46,366 nucleotides of DNA, taken from a virus (Duplodnaviria > Heunggongvirae > Uroviricota > Caudoviricetes). Below the pieces are notes generated by a model. The model made no database searches and was not told where the DNA came from. It saw only the letters and a program-made list of their open reading frames with translations. The first letter of the stretch is position 1; the number at the start of each line of letters is the position of its first letter. The DNA lies in the IMG/VR virus record IMGVR_UViG_2778261428_000001; one strand, 5' to 3'. This document shows, piece after piece, positions 40,564 to 46,366 of the stretch. The position numbers were made by a program, and so were the translations under genes.

Positions 40564-40719
40564 ATGGATACTATCGATCTTGGCAACAGCGAATCTCTGG
40601 TATGTGGCGTGTTCCCCAACCAGGACGGTACGTTCACCGCGATGACGTATACCAAAAGCAAAACGTTTAAAACCGAAAATGGTGCCCGTCGCTGGCTGGA
40701 AAGAAACTCAGGTGAGTGA
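40564..40719 (+). CDS. ydfA: Small prophage protein YdfA-like
   Basis: 51 aa MDTIDLGNSESLVCGVFPNQDGTFTAMTYTKSKTFKTENGARRWLERNSGE. Confidence 0.65.
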   Translation: MDTIDLGNSESLVCGVFPNQDGTFTAMTYTKSKTFKTENGARRWLERNSGE

Positions 40720-40720
40720 T

Positions 40721-41296
40721 ATGGATTTCGACACAATCATGGAAAAGGCTTACGAAGAATACTTCGAAGGCCTTGCCGAAGGCGAAGAAGCTCTCAGCTT
40801 CAGTGAGTTTAAACAGGCACTCAGAATAAGAATGTGCTCTCACAATGACGCGGAGCACAAATATGAGAAGCAAAATCAGACCGCAGAAAATTTTGTTCTG
40901 GAACCCGGTGAAACGCTTTTCAAAATTCCCGTTACATGCCCCATTTGCGGTTTTACATCAGAAGAACTTGACGACTCCTGTAACAATCAGGAAACAACCA
41001 AGTATGTCGAAGATGATACCGAGTGCGCACGAAGAACGATTATATCCACGAGTCCAAACTCCAGGACCAATAAATCTCACTTTGAGAGGGTGATTAATCC
41101 ACTCCCCCAAACCAATAAAAAAGATGCCGGAGGACAAAAAAACCAATGGAACAACGGGATATCTGTCAAAAAAAGACGTTCCATTAAAGACAAACAACGC
41201 AGCGCCAACAACTGTAAGCGCTTTATACCAGTAATCAATTTTCATGTTCTTAAGCGGATTTATTGGTGGTTGCGACATTGCTTAATGAATCCTTAA
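40721..41296 (+). CDS. YdfB/YdfC-like protein (single longer ORF here)
   Basis: 191-aa ORF starting MDFDTIMEKAYEEYFEGL with internal CxxC (CPICGF); start codon 1 nt after the ydfA stop. Confidence 0.5.
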   Translation: MDFDTIMEKAYEEYFEGLAEGEEALSFSEFKQALRIRMCSHNDAEHKYEKQNQTAENFVLEPGETLFKIPVTCPICGFTSEELDDSCNNQETTKYVEDDTECARRTIISTSPNSRTNKSHFERVINPLPQTNKKDAGGQKNQWNNGISVKKRRSIKDKQRSANNCKRFIPVINFHVLKRIYWWLRHCLMNP

Positions 41297-41557
41297 AACT
41301 GTAGTGATTTTAAGGATACCACCTCGCCTGACGTGGTTAAAAGCAGGCACATAACGCGAAAGCGCACGGCGAGGTAGCTGGTTCATAGATAGCCTGTCGT
41401 TAAATTTTCGTCGACCGTGCGCTTCCGGTTGTGGCACTCCGCGAAATGGCGCGGCGGTAAGTATGGCGGGGTTATTCCTTCCCCGTTGAGGACACCGGGT
41501 TGTCAGGTTGACCATACGCTTAAGTGACAACCCCGCTGCAGCGCCCTCTGTTATCAA

Positions 41558-41616
41558 TTTTCTGGTGACGTTTGGCGGTATCAGTTTTACTCCGTGACTG
41601 CTCTGCCGCCCTTTTT
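41558..41616 (+). ncRNA. dicF: DicF small regulatory RNA (ftsZ-targeting Hfq-dependent sRNA)
   Basis: Sequence tttctggtgacgtttggcggtatcagttttactccgtgactgctctgccgcccttttt recalled as the DicF RNA, ending in its intrinsic terminator; located between ydfC-like and dicB as in Qin. Confidence 0.8.
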
Positions 41617-41785
41617 GAAGTGAATTTTGTGATGTGGTGAATGCGGCTGAGCGCACGCGGAACAGTTAAAACCAAAAACAGTGTTATGGGTGGATTCTCT
41701 GTATCCGGCGTTAATTGTTAACTGGTTAACGTCACCTGGAGGCACCAGGCACTGCATCACAAAATTCATTGTTGAGGACGCGATA

Positions 41786-41974
41786 ATGAAAACGTTATTA
41801 CCAAACGTCAATACGTCTGAAGGTTGTTTTGAAATTGGTGTCACTATCAGTAACCCAGTATTTACTGAAGATGCCATTAACAAGAGAAAACACGAACGGG
41901 AGCTATTAAATAAAATATGCATTGTTTCAATGCTGGCTCGTTTACGTCTGATGCCAAAAGGATGTGCACAATGA
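41786..41974 (+). CDS. dicB: Cell division inhibitor DicB (MinC activator)
   Basis: 62 aa MKTLLPNVNTSEGCFEIGVTISNPVFTEDAINKRKHERELLNKICIVSMLARLRLMPKGCAQ. Confidence 0.85.
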   Translation: MKTLLPNVNTSEGCFEIGVTISNPVFTEDAINKRKHERELLNKICIVSMLARLRLMPKGCAQ

Positions 41975-42162
41975 ATTCAGCATTTGCGCTTGTTCTGACA
42001 GTTTTTCTTGTTTCCGGAGAGCCAGTTGATATTGCAGTCAGTGTTCACAGGACAATGCAGGAGTGTATGACTGCAGCAACCGAACAGAAAATTCCCGGTA
42101 ACTGTTACCCGGTCGATAAAGTTATTCACCAGGATAATATCGAAATCCCGGCAGGTCTTTAA
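41971..42162 (+). CDS. ydfD: Small membrane lysis protein YdfD
   Basis: 63 aa MNSAFALVLTVFLVSGEPV... with N-terminal TM segment; start overlaps the dicB stop (ATGA). Confidence 0.7.
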   Translation: MNSAFALVLTVFLVSGEPVDIAVSVHRTMQECMTAATEQKIPGNCYPVDKVIHQDNIEIPAGL

Positions 42163-42255
42163 AACAGTTCCGTAATAAATATCCGGTTTCATTCTTATAT
42201 GCCAGCAATGGCAGGGATTTGTTCATCCTTAAATCTGTCATGAGGTTAAAACAAA

Positions 42256-44727
42256 ATGAATAAAGTCTTTATTTGCGCCGCTATTCCTGACGAACTGGCA
42301 ACAAGGGAAGAAGGCGCTGTGGCTGTAGCCACAGCCATTGAAGCTGGCGACGAACGCCGTGCTCGAGCAAAATTTCACTGGCAGTTCCTGGAACATTATC
42401 CGGCTGCTCAGGACTGCGCTTATAAATTTATTGTCTGCGAGGATAAACCTGGCATACCCCGCCCTGCCCTCGATTCATGGGATGCTGAATATATGCAGGA
42501 AAACCGCTGGGATGAGGAGTCTGCTTCTTTTGTCCCGGTTGAGACTGAATCCGATCCGATGAACGTCACTTTTGACAAGCTGGCCCCTGAAGTACAGAAC
42601 GCTGTCATGGTTAAGTTCGACACATGTGAAAACATCACCGTTGATATGGTTATTAGCGCACAGGAATTGTTGCAGGAAGACATGGCAACATTCGACGGAC
42701 ATATCGTTGAAGCGTTGATGAAAATGCCAGAAGTTAACGCCATGTATCCGGAGCTTAAGTTGCACGCCATTGGGTGGGTTAAGCATAAATGTATTCCTGG
42801 TGCTAAATGGCCCGAAATTCAGGCAGAGATGCGCATCTGGAAAAAACGTCGCGAAGGTGAACGCAAGGAAACCGGAAAATACACGTCTGTTGTTGATCTC
42901 GCCCGCGCCAGAGCCAATCAACAGTACACTGAAAATTCAACAGGAAAAATCAGCCCGGTCATTGCTGCCATTCATCGCGAATACAAGCAGACATGGAAAA
43001 CACTGGATGACGAACTGGCCTACGCTCTCTGGCCTGGTGATGTGGATGCCGGAAACATTGACGGCAGCATCCATCGCTGGGCAAAAAAAGAAGTTATCGA
43101 CAACGACCGCGAAGACTGGAAGCGTATCTCGGCATCAATGCGCAAACAGCCTGATGCCCTTCGCTACGACCGCCAAACTATTTTTGGCCTTGTCCGTGAG
43201 CGTCCGATCGACATTCACAAAGATCCCGTAGCACTGAACAAATATATCTGCGAATACCTGACGACAAAGGGCGTGTTTGAGAATGAAGAAACAGACCTGG
43301 GCACTGTTGATGTTCTCCAGTCATCAGAAACACAAACTGATGTAGTGGAAACTGAGGTATCTGATATCCCAAAAAATGAAACCGCGCCGGAAGCTGAACC
43401 ATCTGTAGAGCGTGAGGGGCCGTTCTATTTCCTCTTCGCAGATAAGGACGGCGAAAAATACGGTCGCGCAAACAAACTTTCTGGTCTGGATAAGGCACTG
43501 GCTGCTGGCGCCACTGAAATCACAAAAGAAGAATATTTTGCCCGAAAAAATGGCACATACACGGGCTTACCGCAAAATGTAGATACCGCTGAAGATTCAG
43601 AACAACCAGAGCCGATAAAAGTTACCGCTGACGAAGTAAACAAAATTATGCAGGCAGCCAATATCAGCCAGCCTGACGCCGATAAGTTGCTTGCTGCATC
43701 ACGTGGTGAATTTGTTGAAGGGATTAGTGACCCGAATGATCCGAAATGGGTTAAGGGGATCCAGACCCGCGATTCTGTGAACCAGAACCAGCATGAATCG
43801 GAACGGAACTACCAAAAAGCGGAACAAAACAGCCCAAATGCGTTACAAAACGAGCCAGAAACGAAACAGCCTGAACCAGTGGCGCAACAGGAAGTGGAAA
43901 AAGTCTGCACCGCCTGCGGTCAGACCGGCGGCGGCAACTGCCCTGATTGTGGCGCGGTGATGGGCGACGCAACATACCAAGAAACATTCTATGAAGAGTA
44001 TCAGGTTGAAGTTCAGCAAGATGATCCGGAGGAAATGGAAGGCGCTGAACATCCACACAAGGAGAACACTGGCGGCAATCAGCATCACAATAGCGATAAT
44101 GAAACTGGCGAGACGGCAGATCACTCAATTAAGGTGAACGGTCATCACGAAATCACATCCACCAGCAGGACGTGTGACCATCTAATGATCGACCTTGAAA
44201 CCATGGGAAAAAATCCTGATGCCCCGATCATCTCAATAGGTGCAATATTTTTCGATCCGCAAACCGGAGATATGGGACCGGAATTTAGTAAGACTATCGA
44301 TCTGGAAACTGCTGGCGGAGTCATTGATCGGGACACCATTAAATGGTGGCTTAAGCAATCACGCGAAGCGCAATCTGCCATTATGACCGATGAAATCCCG
44401 TTAGATGATGCACTGTTACAATTGCGGGAATTTATCGACGAAAACTCCGGTGAATTTTTTGTTCAGGTTTGGGGAAATGGAGCCAACTTCGACAACACGA
44501 TTTTGCGCCGTTCATACGAACGGCAGGGGATCCCCTGCCCGTGGCGTTACTACAACGATCGCGATGTACGCACAATCGTTGAGCTGGGGAAAGCCATAGA
44601 TTTCGATGCCAGAACGGCTATTCCATTCGAAGGTGAGCGCCATAATGCACTTGATGACGCCCGTTACCAGGCAAAATACGTTTCAGTTATCTGGCAAAAA
44701 CTGATCCCGAGTCAGGCTGATTCTTAA
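42256..44727 (+). CDS. Large prophage protein with C-terminal DEDDh-type 3'-5' exonuclease domain (full-length YdfE-like)
   Basis: 823 aa; C-terminus has exonuclease motifs (MIDLETMG; WGNGANFDNTIL; HNALDDARYQAKY); acidic low-complexity linker and a zinc-ribbon-like CTACGQTGGGNCPDCG. Confidence 0.65.
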   Translation: MNKVFICAAIPDELATREEGAVAVATAIEAGDERRARAKFHWQFLEHYPAAQDCAYKFIVCEDKPGIPRPALDSWDAEYMQENRWDEESASFVPVETESDPMNVTFDKLAPEVQNAVMVKFDTCENITVDMVISAQELLQEDMATFDGHIVEALMKMPEVNAMYPELKLHAIGWVKHKCIPGAKWPEIQAEMRIWKKRREGERKETGKYTSVVDLARARANQQYTENSTGKISPVIAAIHREYKQTWKTLDDELAYALWPGDVDAGNIDGSIHRWAKKEVIDNDREDWKRISASMRKQPDALRYDRQTIFGLVRERPIDIHKDPVALNKYICEYLTTKGVFENEETDLGTVDVLQSSETQTDVVETEVSDIPKNETAPEAEPSVEREGPFYFLFADKDGEKYGRANKLSGLDKALAAGATEITKEEYFARKNGTYTGLPQNVDTAEDSEQPEPIKVTADEVNKIMQAANISQPDADKLLAASRGEFVEGISDPNDPKWVKGIQTRDSVNQNQHESERNYQKAEQNSPNALQNEPETKQPEPVAQQEVEKVCTACGQTGGGNCPDCGAVMGDATYQETFYEEYQVEVQQDDPEEMEGAEHPHKENTGGNQHHNSDNETGETADHSIKVNGHHEITSTSRTCDHLMIDLETMGKNPDAPIISIGAIFFDPQTGDMGPEFSKTIDLETAGGVIDRDTIKWWLKQSREAQSAIMTDEIPLDDALLQLREFIDENSGEFFVQVWGNGANFDNTILRRSYERQGIPCPWRYYNDRDVRTIVELGKAIDFDARTAIPFEGERHNALDDARYQAKYVSVIWQKLIPSQADS

Positions 44728-44799
44728 TGTTCAACTGTCGCCGGTTGTGACTGGTATTCTGCAACCGGCGCTCGTCTGATGTAAGAGATAAAGAAATCG

Positions 44800-45051
44800 A
44801 TGAGCGAAGTAATCATGATTGTCTCTCCCGGCAAATGGGTATCCGAAGAGCAGTTAATTGCGCTGAAAGGAATAAAAAAAGGTACGTTAAAAAAGGCCCG
44901 GGAAAAATCGTTTATGGAAGGAAGGGAATATAAGCATGTCGCTCATGACGGTATGCCATGGGATAACAGTCCATGCTTTTACAACCTGGAAGAGATTGAT
45001 CGCTGGATTGAGCGCCAGGCATCAGCGAGACCAAGACGTCATCTTACTTGA
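44800..45051 (+). CDS. Excisionase-like small DNA-binding protein
   Basis: 83-aa ORF directly upstream of the integrase; call by position only. Confidence 0.45.
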   Translation: MSEVIMIVSPGKWVSEEQLIALKGIKKGTLKKAREKSFMEGREYKHVAHDGMPWDNSPCFYNLEEIDRWIERQASARPRRHLT

Positions 45052-45070
45052 CTAAAAGCCACACTAACTA

Positions 45071-46366
45071 ATGAGAGAAGTTGAAATGAAATATCCAACA
45101 GGCGTGGAAAACCATGGAGGGAAATTACGTATCTGGTTTGTTTATAAAGGCGTAAGAGTCAGGGAAAATCTGGGGGTTCCTGACACAGCAAAAAACAGGC
45201 GCGTTGCAGGTGAACTACGCTCCTCTGTTTGTTACGCAATAAAAACTGGTGTTTTCGACTATGCAAAACAGTTTCCCTCCTCACGCAATCTGGAAAAATT
45301 TGGTGAGGCCCGACAAGATTTAACCATAAAAGAACTGGCTGAAAAATTTCTGGCACTGAAAGAAACTGAAGTCGCCAAAACATCACTCAACACATACCGT
45401 GCCGTCATCAAAAATATCCTGAGCATAATCGGTGAAAAAAATCTTGCCTCATCGATTAATAAAGAAAAATTACTGGAGGTTCGTAAAGAGCTACTGACTG
45501 GATACCAGATCCCCAAAAGTAACTATATTGTTACACAACAAGGGAGATCGGCTGTAACTGTAAATAATTACATGACAAATCTTAACGCCGTGTTCCAGTT
45601 TGGTGTTGATAACGGTTACCTGGCAGATAATCCGTTTAAGGGGATCTCGCCATTAAAGGAATCAAGAACCATTCCGGATCCTCTTTCGCGGGAGGAATTT
45701 ATCTGTCTTATCGATGCGTGCAGAAATCAGCAAGCAAAAAATTTATGGTGTGTTTCTGTTTATACTGGCGTTCGCCCTGGTGAGCTGTGTGCACTTGGAT
45801 GGGAGGACATAGATCTGAAAAATGGAACAATGATGATCAGGAGAAATTTAGCAAAAGACCGTTTCACGGTACCAAAAACACAGGCGGGAACCAATCGGGT
45901 CATTCATCTTATTAAGCCAGCAATCGACGCTCTCCGGAGTCAGATGACATTAACGAGACTGAGCAAAGAGCATATCATTGATGTTCACCTCAGAGAGTAT
46001 GGCAGAACAGAAAAACAAAAATGCACCTTTGTTTTTCAACCTGAAGTGTCAGCGAGAGTAAAAAATTATGGTGACCATTTTACCGTTGACTCAATAAGGC
46101 AGATGTGGGACGCAGCGATAAAACGTGCCGGACTCCGCCATCGAAAATCATATCAGTCGAGACATACTTATGCCTGCTGGTCGCTGACAGCTGGTGCTAA
46201 CCCGGCATTTATAGCAAACCAGATGGGCCATGCAGATGCGCAAATGGTATTTCAGGTATACGGAAAATGGATGTCTGAAAACAATAATGCACAGGTAGCT
46301 TTGTTAAATACACAGTTAAGCGAGTTTGCCCCAACCATGCCCCATAACGAAGCAATGAAAAATTAA
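45071..46366 (+). CDS. intQ: Tyrosine integrase (phage integrase family)
   Basis: 431 aa; C-terminal catalytic region with conserved R...HxxR...Y arrangement (RHTYACWSL ... MGHADAQMVFQVYGKW); stop codon at the window end. Confidence 0.9.
   Translation: MREVEMKYPTGVENHGGKLRIWFVYKGVRVRENLGVPDTAKNRRVAGELRSSVCYAIKTGVFDYAKQFPSSRNLEKFGEARQDLTIKELAEKFLALKETEVAKTSLNTYRAVIKNILSIIGEKNLASSINKEKLLEVRKELLTGYQIPKSNYIVTQQGRSAVTVNNYMTNLNAVFQFGVDNGYLADNPFKGISPLKESRTIPDPLSREEFICLIDACRNQQAKNLWCVSVYTGVRPGELCALGWEDIDLKNGTMMIRRNLAKDRFTVPKTQAGTNRVIHLIKPAIDALRSQMTLTRLSKEHIIDVHLREYGRTEKQKCTFVFQPEVSARVKNYGDHFTVDSIRQMWDAAIKRAGLRHRKSYQSRHTYACWSLTAGANPAFIANQMGHADAQMVFQVYGKWMSENNNAQVALLNTQLSEFAPTMPHNEAMKN

Overview
This window is a chromosomal segment of an Escherichia coli-like enterobacterium that carries an almost complete lambdoid prophage, organised like the Qin prophage of E. 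coli K-12 but with an intact structural module. All calls come from reading the supplied ORF translations and the DNA by eye and from recalled family knowledge; no database search, alignment or GC computation was run, and gene symbols are recalled matches to K-12 Qin genes. From left to right: the chromosomal MFS transporter gene ydfJ (1..1284, minus strand), then ydfK and a Pin-family serine invertase. Next, all on the minus strand, comes a full late operon read from high to low coordinates: small and large terminase, W-like protein, portal, protease-capsid fusion, head-tail proteins, Z/U/V/G/T/H/M/L/K/I/J tail genes, and two tail-fibre genes. A moron and lysis region follows (ydfO, gnsB, cspI, Rz/Rz1, SAR-type endolysin, ydfR, holin, cspB, a frameshifted cspF, antiterminator Q, ydfU, rem, hokD). 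The early region lies to the right: an O-like replication initiator with internal iterons, a DicC/DicA immunity switch, ydfA/B/C-like genes, the DicF sRNA, dicB, ydfD, a full-length ydfE-like exonuclease, an excisionase-like gene and a tyrosine integrase ending exactly at the window edge. The most unusual element is a 604-aa protein (35536..37350) with an N-terminal DUF262 (ParB/GmrS-like, DGQQR-type motif) and a probable Schlafen/AlbA_2-like C-terminus. It sits between AT-rich intergenic tracts at the position where K-12 Qin carries relBE, and is a candidate prophage-borne single-gene anti-phage defence or type IV restriction-like system. Other points worth a second look are the tail-fibre module (orphan invertase, LamG-like fibre tip, tandem repeat, autoproteolytic chaperone-domain fibre), a non-canonical G/GT frameshift site, a candidate PR'/tR' pair and a candidate cos region.
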